Shown here piece by piece: positions 36,458-47,652 of a stretch of DNA of 64,000 nucleotides; the first letter of the stretch is position 1; each line of letters begins with the position of its first letter. Below the pieces are notes generated by a model. That model was not told where the DNA came from. It worked only from the letters and a program-made list of their open reading frames with translations, and did not search any database. Made by a program: the position numbers and the translations under genes. The stretch is from Utricularia gibba (lineage: Eukaryota; Plantae; Magnoliophyta): the NCBI GenBank assembly GCA_002189035.1, contig NEEC01000004.1, forward strand, positions 5,456,001 to 5,520,000, in the 5' to 3' direction.

Positions 36458-37321
36458 TCCCTGTGTGCTTCGTTTCCGTGCCGTGCCGTGCAACACCGTT
36501 TGATCTTCGAGACTGGGACTGGACTGGGCTTGTTGTAGCTTGTGCCCATGGCAAGGATTCCACCCTTAACATGGGACTGTGCCTGAGATAAATAAAGCAA
36601 AAAGAGGGGTCTTTTTCGAATTTGAATGGGCACACCCAAAACCTAATGCGGCCACGCTATTGCACTTTCTTTTTGCAACCTAAGCTGCAAAGAAAGTTGG
36701 GTGAAATGGACCTAGAAGGCTTTTGTAGCCGGCCTTTGCCTTTTATGGCCTGCAGTCCTAATTCTTACATGGTATGGTTGCTCACTCAATTGCATGTTTC
36801 ATAAATTCTTGCCACATGCCCTCACTTTCAGAAACCATATGCGTACGTACCGCCTTTGCATCAACAGAAACCAATTTGGATGGAGTAGGAATCAAGGAAA
36901 AAAATATGATATGATTACCCCAGAGAGCCTTCCTTCATCTCCAACCGCACTTCCTTCCTTTGTGTTTGTCCAGTGGACAGCATCCTTTCTTTCCCAGAGC
37001 TTCTTCTGTACATACTCCTTCCTGTTGCCCAAGGCCATCGTCGCCAGAATTTGACGGGCCAACGGTTTGCGGCAGTTACCAGTTGAGACGGAGCCGGTCA
37101 TCTCAAGCATTCATTAAGAGGGTTCAGGCATTAACTCCACCCGATCCCAGTTCTAACATCCAAACTCCTGTCCTGTATCCCTCGCTGTAATGATGGAGCA
37201 AAACCAGGCAACCCTTCACGTAATAAACCGCAGACATTTGATTCAATTTAAACACACAAAAGTATTCTTGGTGTCTGTAGGCTGGATGCTATGAACATGA
37301 TTGATGCAATATCACTCTTTT

Positions 37322-37440
37322 ATTCCCACATAGCAGATTAGAACTAGGCATGGGCGTATCTTATAGCCCTAAAAGAACCCACATCGGAAATCAAAATCAA
37401 TCAACACTAATCCAGTCCTGAAGAATCTAACCCACATCGA
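37322..37440 (+). promoter_or_regulatory. Three USE-like motifs (CCCACATnG) at 53-bp spacing
   Basis: attCCCACATAG (core at 37325), gaaCCCACATCG (37378), taaCCCACATCG (37431); the plant snRNA USE consensus is RTCCCACATCG. Confidence 0.45.
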
Positions 37441-38238
37441 TTTAGGAAGGTGATAATAAGTATCTTGGACTTACTTCAATATTTAGTGAATCACAAAACT
37501 ACCCCTCAAAAAAAGAATCTTCCATCCGGGGGCACCGACACGGGCCGGGAACGGGACACGGCAGAGGATACCTTTTTGGGTGGGGTTGGAGGAACTGACT
37601 ATGCATTATTGCAATTGTCATATGATTTTCCAACATTATTCTGCTTGGGTTATATCGCGTATTTCATACTCTGATACATTGAATGATTGTCCCCCACAGA
37701 ATAGTAATTTTCGTAAAATGATATAATAAATAATTCTGGGACACGGTACCAAACATGACGAAATTGGGGCCGCCAAAAGTTGATTGCAACACCGCACCCA
37801 CCGCCCCCTCACGCCCCGCCGAAGATCGCGGCCGCACTTATACTATTATTTTAATCCACATTTTATTTAATTTATATACGTCAATAATTGCAACTCCATG
37901 TGCACATTTACCCGCGGCAAAAACTGCGATAATATATAATTTTAAATTATTTTTGTTTTCATGCAAAATAGGGGGATGGGCCGGGTGCATGGAAACCCGG
38001 ATATGAACATTTTATTTAATTGGGCCGGTCCAACACGCCGTCCTTGGCAACTGCTCTGGCCCAGCATTATCGCATGAGAAGGGGCCCAGTGTCTGGCTAA
38101 TGGGGAGCCGAAGGCGGGATCGTCATGGATCTCTACGAGTTGAGGAGAGGAGAGGAGAAAATTTCTGAGAGGAAACCAAACGCTTTTTGGGTATGAGGTT
38201 TCATCACCGTGTTGGAGAAGAAGCTCGACGAAAGAGCG

Positions 38239-39632
38239 ATGCCTCATTCTGCTGTTTTTGTGGGGATTCTTTTTTGATTATCGTTGCATTATTCTTCATC
38301 CTACTGGGTTCTGTGTATGGATCCCCGCCGTCGAAGCAAAACGTCATCGATGGCGTCGTATTGACGCACAAAACTGGGAATAATAGAACCCTCGTTGTGG
38401 ATGCCAATGGGCAGGGGAGTTCAAGTCTGTGCAGGCTGCGATTGATCATGTCCGGATGGGAATTCTGATTGGGTGGTTATTCAGATAAGGAAGGGAGTTT
38501 ACAGGTTCGAATTCGCCTTCCCATTTGTAATCATACGTTTTTTTTGCCTGCAAATTCCACTTCATACATCGGCTGCGCTTTGTTATGAATGCGTATGCAG
38601 AGAGAAGGTTACAATACCGGCAAATAAGCCGTATGTGTTCCTCAGAGGAAGCGGGAAAGGTAAGACGAACATTGTTTGGTCTGAGAACTCAGCCAAGAGC
38701 CATGATTCCGCTACCTTCAAACTCGAAGCTCCCCATTTCGTGGCCTTTGGCATCAGCTTCAAGGTTCAGTACACTACTGCAAATGCTTCATTCCTCTATG
38801 GATCGATCATATGGCATTATTAATCATTGTTGTTTGGGACTTCAGAATGAAGCTTCAACTGGGATTTCTCAGACTGCCGAAAACAGTGCCGTGGCGGCTC
38901 TTGTAGCAGGAGACATGGCTGCTTTCTATCACTGCGGTTTCTACAGTAATCACAACACGCTCTATGATCTCAATGGCAGGCACTACTACGATAGATGCTA
39001 CTTTCAGGGCTCTGTGGATTTCATTTTCGGCCAAGGCCTGGCCTTGTTTCATGTTAGCCCTATGATACCAAAATTCGAAAAACTGCATCTGTTCATACCT
39101 GCTCGAATGATTGTATCCACTTTGCAGGACTCAGAGCTCTTTGTTATCAGCGACTGGAACAAGGGAATCCATGGTTCGATTGCAGCCAATGCCAGGAGGT
39201 CGCAAAATGAAACCAGTGGCTTTGTGTTCCTCTCGAGTAGGATCTATGGTGTTGGGCATGTTTACTTAGGCAGGGCTAAAGCAGAGCATTCCAGAGTTGT
39301 TTATGCCAATTCCTACTTATCCAAGGCTGTGATCCCTCAAGGATGGTCAGATCACCAGTACCCGAGCAGCAGCCTAGAGTAAGTAATACGCTGCACTTTT
39401 TTACTTTTTATTTTGAGATCAGACAGGTTAGTGAATGCATCAACATATTGCCCATACCTCTTCTTCTTCTTTTCGAAACAGCAAGTTGTACCAAGCCGAG
39501 TACAAATGCCATGGGCCTGGATCAGGGAGGGGAAGCCGTGCTCATTGGTCGAAACAGCTGACGGACGAAGAGGCGGCTCCTTACCTCTCCATAGATTTCA
39601 TCCAAGGCAGAGACTGGTTGCTTGTCTGGTGA
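38239..39632 (+). CDS. Pectin methylesterase, PME67-like (no pro-domain); apparent frameshifts in exon 1
   Basis: Signal peptide, NRTLVVDANGQG-FKSVQAAID, GVYREKVTIPANKPYVFLRG, QG-VDFIFG, YLGR, DWLLVW*. The start could be at 38193 if the T-run at 38270 is correct. Confidence 0.88.
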
Positions 39633-39866
39633 TCAGCTCCTCAAATTTTCCATGCCTTGGCAAAATGTACTGAATTTGTATATTATTATTCATTTAATTA
39701 TTTAAAAGGGATTTTCCGATGTGGCATAGGATATGCTACGTAAGGGATAGATGCTTCATGCGTGGCCAATCGGTGTCCATTCGATCATTCGTGGACAATG
39801 TTACCCCTGGAAGTAGTAGTTTAAACTCATGATGGAGAAAAAAAAAAGGGTTCAAAAGATCAGGAA

Positions 39867-42419
39867 ATGAACATCATCTCAGTGCCTTCTTCCTCAACCT
39901 CTAAGCTTGCTCACTTTTCCCCTGCACAGAATCCAGATTACCCAAACTTCCATTTCCAAACGTTCAGATCCCTCTATTCTTCTTTGCATAGCCGCGAGGT
40001 GTCCCCCATTAGATCCATGACCAGGCATCCTCACCAATCCTTCAAGAAAAGCCTCAAATCTCTTCGATTAAGGATGAGCAGGGGGAACTGGAAGATGTGG
40101 AAAACAGCCTCGATGAAGAGATTACCAAGGCGAAGAAGTCGTTGGAGGAGCTGCTAGTTATTCGTAAGCCGGCTACCGAGATTTCTGATGAAGAAGGCGA
40201 AGAGAGTAGTTATGGGAGTGTGAAAGATGGGGACTCGAAGGAGGTTGCAGCTTCGTCGGTGATTGATGAGGGCCTTTCGAGATTTGCGAAGAAAATGCCT
40301 TTTTTTGAGCCGGAGAGGGTTGAGTCGAGTGCTAAGGAGAGACCCCTTTTGGTGAACTTGGATTTGGCTCTGTATAAGGCAAAGATATATACGAGGAACT
40401 ATCAGTACAAAGAAGCTGAGGATTTACTTAGAGAGGTAATTGCACATTTTCAGTCTCTTATTCATGTTTTTTTTTTTTTTGTTAGTTATGAAATGGCATT
40501 TGTGGTCAAGAGTTTCAATGCTATGATAACCAGTGTATAAAATTTTGGCCCGAAGATGGAAGACCATATGTGGCTCTCGGAAAGACATTGAGTAAGCAGT
40601 CTAAATGGGAAGAAGCCAGAAGTGTTTATGAAAAAGGCTGCCAATCTACACAAGGGGAAAATTCTTACATTTGGCAGGTTAGATTAAAATTAAAAGTTCT
40701 TCTTGATTGGCCTAAAAGCTGAGGATGCACCTTATTTGCAACTAGTGTTGGGCTGTGCTTGAAAATAAACTTGGAAATGTGAGAAGATCAAGGGAGCTAT
40801 TCGATGCTGCAACGGTAGCAGACAACAAGCACATTGCAGCGTGGCATGGATGGGCGGTGTTGGAGATGAAACAAGGGAATATACAGAAGGCGAGGTATCT
40901 TCTTGGCAAGGGTCTCAAGTATTGTGGTGGGAATGAATATGTTTACCAGACACTTGCACTTCTTGAAGTCAAAGCCAGGCGATATGAACAAGCTCGACAG
41001 TTGTTCAGCCAAGCAACCAAATGCAATCCTAGAAGCTGCGCAAGTTGGCTGGTAAGCTTCCTTTTTTATATATCATTAACTATGCTGATGCTTAATTCAG
41101 TAGAGATGATGATAACCTGAAGTTGTGATCTTTTGCCTATAAAAAGGCATGGGCTCAGCTTGAGGCGCAGCTGGAGAATCACCCTGCTGCTAGGTCTTTT
41201 TTTGAGGTTTGAATTCCTGAGAACTTGAGATGATCCATCCTATTATTCGTCATACCATCAAAAGAATCTAACTTGGTGCTCTGAAACAGAGAGCTGTTCA
41301 GGCTAGTCCAAAGAATAGGTTTGCATGGCATGTTTGGGGGGTATTTGAAGCAAATCTTGGAAATGTTGATTTAGCTAGAAAACTTCTCAAAATAGGCCAC
41401 ATTGTGAACCCCAGAGATCCAGTGCTTCTTCAATCCCTGGCGCTGCTTGAATACCGAAACTCGACGGTGACTCTAGCACGAGAGTTATTCCGGCGGGCGG
41501 CGCAACTAGATCCAAGTCATCAACCTGTGTGGATTGTAAGCCATTTAACAAAGGGGTTCCTTTGTTTTCCTTCCACTCAATCTGTTTTCTCACTTTGCTA
41601 CCTTGTTGTTAAGGCTTGGGGTTGGATGGAGTGGAAAGAAGGAAACTTGGATAAAGCAAGGGAGCTGTATCGAAAAGCATTAGCCATTAATACAACCACA
41701 GAAAGTGCTGCTCGTTGCCTTCAGGTAACTGAAATATGTTTCATATTGACGAAATTTGTAATCTTGACCACAACGTTATGACGTTTTTCAGGCGTGGGGT
41801 GTATTGGAGCAAAGAGAGGGTAACCTTTCAGCAGCCAGAAGACTATTTAGATCTTCACTGAACGTGAATTCTCAAAGCTACATTACATGGATGACATGGG
41901 CCTCTCTCGAAGAAGACCAAGGAAACTCTGTTCGTGCTGAAGAAATTCGCAATCTTTTTTTCCAACAGGTACTCATTTTCCACATTGTCGAAATAACATA
42001 CTGCGAGAGTAACAGCAGATGAACAGAAACACGAGCTGCACTAAACTTCTTGTTCGGCTAACTGGTTGAGGTTGATCTTCGTTTTTCCGCAGCGTACTGA
42101 AATAGTAGATGATGCTTCGTGGGTGATGGGATTTATGGACATTATTGATCCAGCAATCGACAGCATAAAGAGGCTGTTGAACATGGAGGCATCTGAGGTT
42201 TCAAGTGTGCGTGGTGAGAATGAGGACAGTGGTTCCACAAATGATGATGATGCTGTTGAAGATAAATCCGATGGATTCGAGTTAGACTCCTTCGTGCGGG
42301 AAAAGCTGTTCTTGGACCCTTCAAACCTTGAGGCGCGAATGGCGTCACAGCCGGAGACGAGTGGTCGGAGATCATCAGATTCCGATCGGAGAAATGCCTC
42401 CGCCATTCCAAAGATGTGA
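39867..42419 (+). CDS. HCF107: HCF107-like chloroplast HAT/TPR-repeat RNA-binding protein; one apparent frameshift at ~40015
   Basis: Transit-peptide-like N-terminus, NLDLALYKAK, WPEDGRPYVALG, repeated AWHGWAVLE/AWAQLE/AWGWMEW/AWGVLE HAT motifs, QQRTEIVDDASWVMGFMDIIDPAIDS. Confidence 0.9.
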
Positions 42420-42601
42420 ATGGCTGGCGATTCATTCGTAATGTGATAGAGATCGGACATGAGATCTGTATCGAATTCAAACGTGTATAGAAAACCATTT
42501 ATAGCCCAAGGTTTGAACTTTATGGCATCTGCAGTTCTTCTCTACGTACCGGAAGAGCACATTCCAGACACTAACCTAAGGCGACGCCAAGGTTTCCATA
42601 T

Positions 42602-42621
42602 AAGCAGCAGCAGCAGCAGCA
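42602..42621 (+). repeat. (CAG)6 microsatellite
   Basis: aagcagcagcagcagcagca read directly. Confidence 0.85.
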
Positions 42622-43951
42622 ACTTCATCACAGTTACTAACCTTGCGGTGATCGAATGAACCTTTCTTCCAGACAAACATCACGAAACTTGATCCACCAG
42701 ACAACACAACCTTCAACAACGTAAGGAATTTTAAGTACCTTGCTCCAGCTCCAAGCCTTTTTCAGTTCAACATCTTGATCCATCATTGCCCATGCATAAG
42801 TTTGATGACTGCAGAAAACACAGAGGTTTCCCTCGAATTGAGTCCACTTTCTACATATTTTGTAATCTGCAAAATCCCATATTTCTCAGTCTCTAAATCA
42901 CCCATCCCGCAGAAACTGGATTGAAGTTGGCGATCATCACCCAAGGATAGAATAGCATCTACTTTCTACAGCTTCCCTTTGGCAAAAACTGATGAACCAC
43001 CCTCAACTAAGCAGCATTCAAGTCGTCGATACTTCTCGCTCTCGAACTGTAGAGGAGTCTCACAAACATCTCCATCGAATTCCTGTCAATTTTGAATAGC
43101 CCCACAACTTTGTAATCATCATCCAACAAATCCGTAAGCAGAAAAGCTTCTGTGCTTCACCCTGATTCCGGAATCAGGCGCCTCTGTACCCGCGATGCTG
43201 CAGATCAAAGTATTACAGGAACCCACAACCCAAACGCATTTATTTGAAGGATTGTGTAAATGAAGGGCGTCGGATTCTTCTGGGTCATCATCATCGATCG
43301 ATGTGCCGTTTCAGATGGCCCGTCTGATCCGAATCACCATACGGTGTGTGAAAATTGAGTCTTTTGTACATCTTTGTAGATGAGCTGTGCGGAATTCAGG
43401 GCTGGAAATCAAGAAACGCGCTTGAGTCTCGAAATTGAGTGCACTGATTAGGACATTGATGAAATGGGGAATTTGATCCCCCGTTAGAAATCAATCAGTA
43501 GCCAGCGCCACACAGGATGACGAAACCTTGTCAAATCCGCATTGGGCTGCGGTTCTTCAACGGGAACATCGCCATCAATGATATCAAGGGAATGCGATTA
43601 GGAGGAGAAAGAGCCGTACACGAAGCTCGATCCCTCATTATTTTGCTGTGAAAAAGGACTGTGGACATGATAAACAGACTAAAATATCTCAAGAAATGGA
43701 CAACAATGGGCGGCTGGTCTGCCCTCACTGCCACCACCATTCATCTGGATGTTGTCTGTATGTTAGTTATTTATACGATGAAAATCGTTTTGTATAATTC
43801 AGAACACCTCCTTGTTTATGTTGCTGTGGATAAGATATATCCATATCCAGGCACACAAATGGAAGTAAAACAGAGCAGTTTTCCCCGGCGGTGATGGATA
43901 GGTTGACCGGGTTTGGGTGCAACATGAACCAACGACACGCAAGCTTGTCTT

Positions 43952-44361
43952 CTAGCTCCCATCGACTGCCTGCGATTGAAACGGGGGCTGAATCTGAAGC
44001 CAGGGTTCTTCGCCCAAGATGTCTTGAAGAAACGAGTCACAGCGATGCGCATCCAGTGCCTCTTCCAGCATTGCCAGCTTCCTTTTCAGCTCCTCCCCTG
44101 CTTCCTCAGTTTTCTGTTCTCCGACTCCATGCCGGCGTATCGCTCCGTCATGTCCCTGCACTTGCTGTCGATTTCGCCGTTCCGGGCGCTCAAATACACC
44201 ACTTGCTCGTTCAAGTCCTGTATGTACTGCTGCCTCTTCATCCTGGACCGCCGTGCGGATTCTCTATTGGACAGCATCCTCCTCTTCTTCTTCTCATCCA
44301 GCACGGCGGCTCGATTCTCGTAGTCTTCGGAAGAACTCGAGTTGCTCCCCAGCTTTCTCAT
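43952..44361 (-). CDS. Group S1 bZIP transcription factor (bZIP1/53-like); apparent frameshift at 44095-44098
   Basis: KKKRRMLSNRESARRSRMKRQQ basic region plus zipper. Restoring one G joins ORF 44086-44385 to 43952-44161 (EELKRKLAML...EPWLQIQP). Confidence 0.9.
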
Positions 44362-44441
44362 TGCCAATGCTGTGGACAGTTTCACACTTACAGCAGAGAG
44401 GAGGCGGCGCGCAGAGATCGGGGGGTGGAGGCGGAGAGTGC

Positions 44442-44525
44442 TTAAGAGAAAACGTAAAACCAGTACAGAAAAACAACTGAGAACGACTGAACGAGCCCAC
44501 TTCTATGCACAAGGCCTGATTTCAT
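44442..44525 (-). CDS. Conserved sucrose-induced repression of translation (SIRT) peptide uORF
   Basis: MKSGLVHRSGLVQSFSVVFLYWFYVFS* (27 aa) has the diagnostic C-terminus of S1-bZIP uORFs and ends 80 nt upstream of the main ATG. It is too short for the ORF track. Confidence 0.93.
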   Translation of the reverse strand: MKSGLVHRSGLVQSFSVVFLYWFYVFS

Positions 44526-45004
44526 ATTCTGCAGTAGGCATCTTGGATGGAACTCATGACAAAACGGTTCAAAAAGAAGGCCGCAGCAGCTGTGCGATCA
44601 AGAGCTGGAAGAAACGTGAGGGGAATTGAAGCTGTGAAGGATGGAAGATAAAAAGGAAGGAATTGGGAACAACTACATGGCACAGAAAATTCGATGGAGG
44701 ATAGCAGCAACATGCACTGTTTTGGGGAATGGATAAGGTTTTAATAGATATGAAAAGGGCCACGACAGCACAATTTATCATTATCCTGTTCTTCATGTTC
44801 AAGGGTCCCCACATGTGGAAGCCTTGAATTCAAATTACTCATCCACAAACAATAAAATACTCTGCAACCAGTTTGGTAGGGAGTACTAAAAGGAGCCTAT
44901 ACAACCCCAAAATCTGGATCGGTCCATTCGAAGCCGAAGCTGCTGGACCGGATCACGCATATACTGTACGGTGAAATGCATGAGGTGCGCATTACTACAT
45001 TGAT

Positions 45005-47335
45005 TCAAGCCTTTGAACTCCGTTTGTATTTTACGGAAGCATGGCCAGTTTCTGCCAAATGCTTGTGGAGTTTATTCCTGTTTGGAGAAAGGTAACGTAT
45101 TTTAGGGACCCGATGAAGTTCTAACATTAACATTAGTAGGAAACAACATTACCTTGATTCGAATTGCTCCTCACATTTCTCGCATCTGTGCTCTGAGGAG
45201 TCAGCTCCACTCTGAAAATAGGACTAACAATCGTCAGCACCACATAACTTCATCACCCCTTTTTTTGTTAGTAAAAAACAGTGAATCCAAACCCACCTTT
45301 TTCCTCTCTTTTGATGGATCTGCAAGCTTGGAACTACTTCCTTTCTTTCTTGCATTTTTCACAGTTTTGGTTTCACGCTTATGAAAAAGATTTGTTGACT
45401 CGTCTTTCGCATGTTCTGTTGGAAATTGATCACATTCTGCTGCCTCTGCATTGTCAATAGCCTCTTCTTCATCTTCCTTATCCCTCACAGCCGCATCAGC
45501 CTCCCCCGATTCTACTTCCTTTTCATGCTTCCCCTTACCCCTTCTTCTGCATCTCCCGTTCTTGTGATGGCGCACGTTCTTATATCTCATTGACTCTTGC
45601 TCATCTTCACTCTTCTCTACTGCAAGTTCACTTGCAAAACCGTTCTGTTGATTTTCGAAGTTATTTGTATTTCTATGTGCAAAAGCCATCGCTTCAAATG
45701 TGCTTGATTCATCCTCATCCAACCCTGGATCCAGAGGTGTCTCACTCATTTCAGACTCGTGTGCACTACACCATTCCACATCCTTGTCATCTCTGTCGTC
45801 CTTAATTCCAACACCATGCTCGAATTGTTCTGTTAACTCATTCAACCTATCATCTCCAGATAAATGAGAGACAGCATCCCCATCACCCTCCCTTTCTTCC
45901 TCTACATCCCTTGTGTCATAATCGTTATCTTCCTCATCAAATGCCTCTTGTAACTCTCTCAACTTCTCCTTGTGCTTTTTAGATTGTTCATGGTTCTTCC
46001 ATTGTTTATCACTCTTGAATCTCTTGCTGCAAATCACACAATAAAACTCCTGCCTTTTTTCCTGCGACACATCCTCCATCTCGTCTTCCTCAACATCCTC
46101 TACCTTTGACCAGTCGGGTTCCTCATAATTCCTAGCCTTTTCTGCCTTTTGTCTCTCTAATTCTTTCATTTTCTGCTTCTCTATCTCCCTTTTCTTCATC
46201 ATCTCTTCATTCTTCTTCAACTGCATATCCCGTACTCGAATATCCCTCTTTTTGACAAATTCAGAAAGCTGCCTCACTATGTCATTGTACTTTTTCCTCT
46301 CAGCCTTCCTCAACTTCTTGTTATGATCCTCCAGTAGCCTCCTAGACTTTCGGTTCGGCATGACAGCGACCTCATCAACCCAAAAAAACTCCAGTACCGT
46401 TGTAAAAGCCGACCAGTAGTTATAAAATGCTGTAACCTGCAACCCAAGAAAAGCATGATTACGCTATATGATGGGAAACACACATTAGGATAGGGTATCC
46501 CCTTGATCAAGGCTTCGCGTCAGTGACATCAATAAAACTACCTATTTTTGTAAACACTTCTTTGGACATTGAAAAGTAGATAGATATGACTTCCTGATCA
46601 CATAACAGGGAAGCTTATACCCAACCCATTCATGCATTCAACAATTCCACGGAAAAGGAGCAATATTTTCTCGGTCCAATGACACATTCAATATCCAACC
46701 CCGCCCACTTAATCCTCATTTTTTTCAGAAATTGACTCTAAATCATAAGGACACATACTATCAGGTCCCGATCAAGTTTCTTGAAGCTAACATGCAAAGT
46801 AAAAAACTTTTTCCAATGGAGTTGTGTAATCAATAACAAAACCCAAAGCATTGGCAATAACACTTGCCTGAACGTATGGACTTTCAGAGTTGCCAATAAC
46901 GGGAGCTTCCCTGGGGTCAGATACTCCGAATTTTTTCGCGAAATTCCTTTCATTGGCATATATCTTCTCAAAAATATCTCCATAGACCTTATAGAATCCA
47001 CGTCCCGAGTCCGAATACCCGGAAAACACTGAATTGGAGAAGAAGGGGAACAAATCAGGCACCTGGGGAGACGAACCCGATGCTGCAGAATTCGAGGAGA
47101 AGAGAATTTGATTGCGATTAGAGTCGTACCACGCACGCTCCCGAGGATCCGAGAGAACCTCGTACGCATTCACAAGCTCTTGAAAAGCGGCGGTGGCTTC
47201 AGCCTCGGGAACGCCGCTCTGCACAAGCTTGTCAGGGTGGCGCCGGAGGGCAAGCCTCCTATACGCGGTTCGGATCTCGTCGGCAGAGGAGTCGCGGTCG
47301 ACGCCGAGAACCTCGTAGAGGCACCGCTTCGCCAT
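45005..47335 (-). CDS. JJJ1/DNAJC21-like J-domain protein with C2H2 zinc fingers, 4 exons
   Basis: [44 protein letters not shown] and terminal [23 protein letters not shown]...KA*. Confidence 0.92.
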
Positions 47336-47385
47336 CTCAGGCCTCTTCCCGAATCAAACAAACTGCGGCTCTAGGGATGGATGGT

Positions 47386-47556
47386 CAATTATAAGAAAAA
47401 TCAAACTGATGGGCTCGCGCTGGGGCTGGACACCGGATCTTCTTTTAATGGGCTTCTTAAAGCCCATACAATTATGAGAAAAATCAAACTGATGGGCGGG
47501 CCATCGGATCTTCTTCTAATGGGCTTCGCGAAGCCCATACAATTATGAGAAAAATC
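47386..47556. repeat. Imperfect tandem repeat (2.2 copies, 83 and 71 bp units) containing TGGGCY site-II palindromes
   Basis: CAATTATrAGAAAAATCAAACTGATGGGC...CGGATCTTCTTyTAATGGGCTTnnnnAAGCCCATA occurs twice, followed by a partial third copy. Confidence 0.9.
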
Positions 47557-47652
47557 TTTTGAATATTATATTCTTTTATTACTGTGACAATTTCAATCTA
47601 ATGCTGATCGTATGTGTACGTTCATGGTCTCCTCGCCGGAGAGAGAGGTTCC

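Noticed and set aside
37410-37445. Telomerase RNA template (CCTGAA or CTAACCC) downstream of the USE motifs
   Set aside because: Only 6-7 nt of match, less than the ~1.5 repeats expected, and no G-rich 5' end or other recognisable plant TR features.
37322-37480. CRISPR-like array interpretation of the 53-bp periodic motifs
   Set aside because: Eukaryotic context, only a 9-bp conserved core, three copies and no cas genes.
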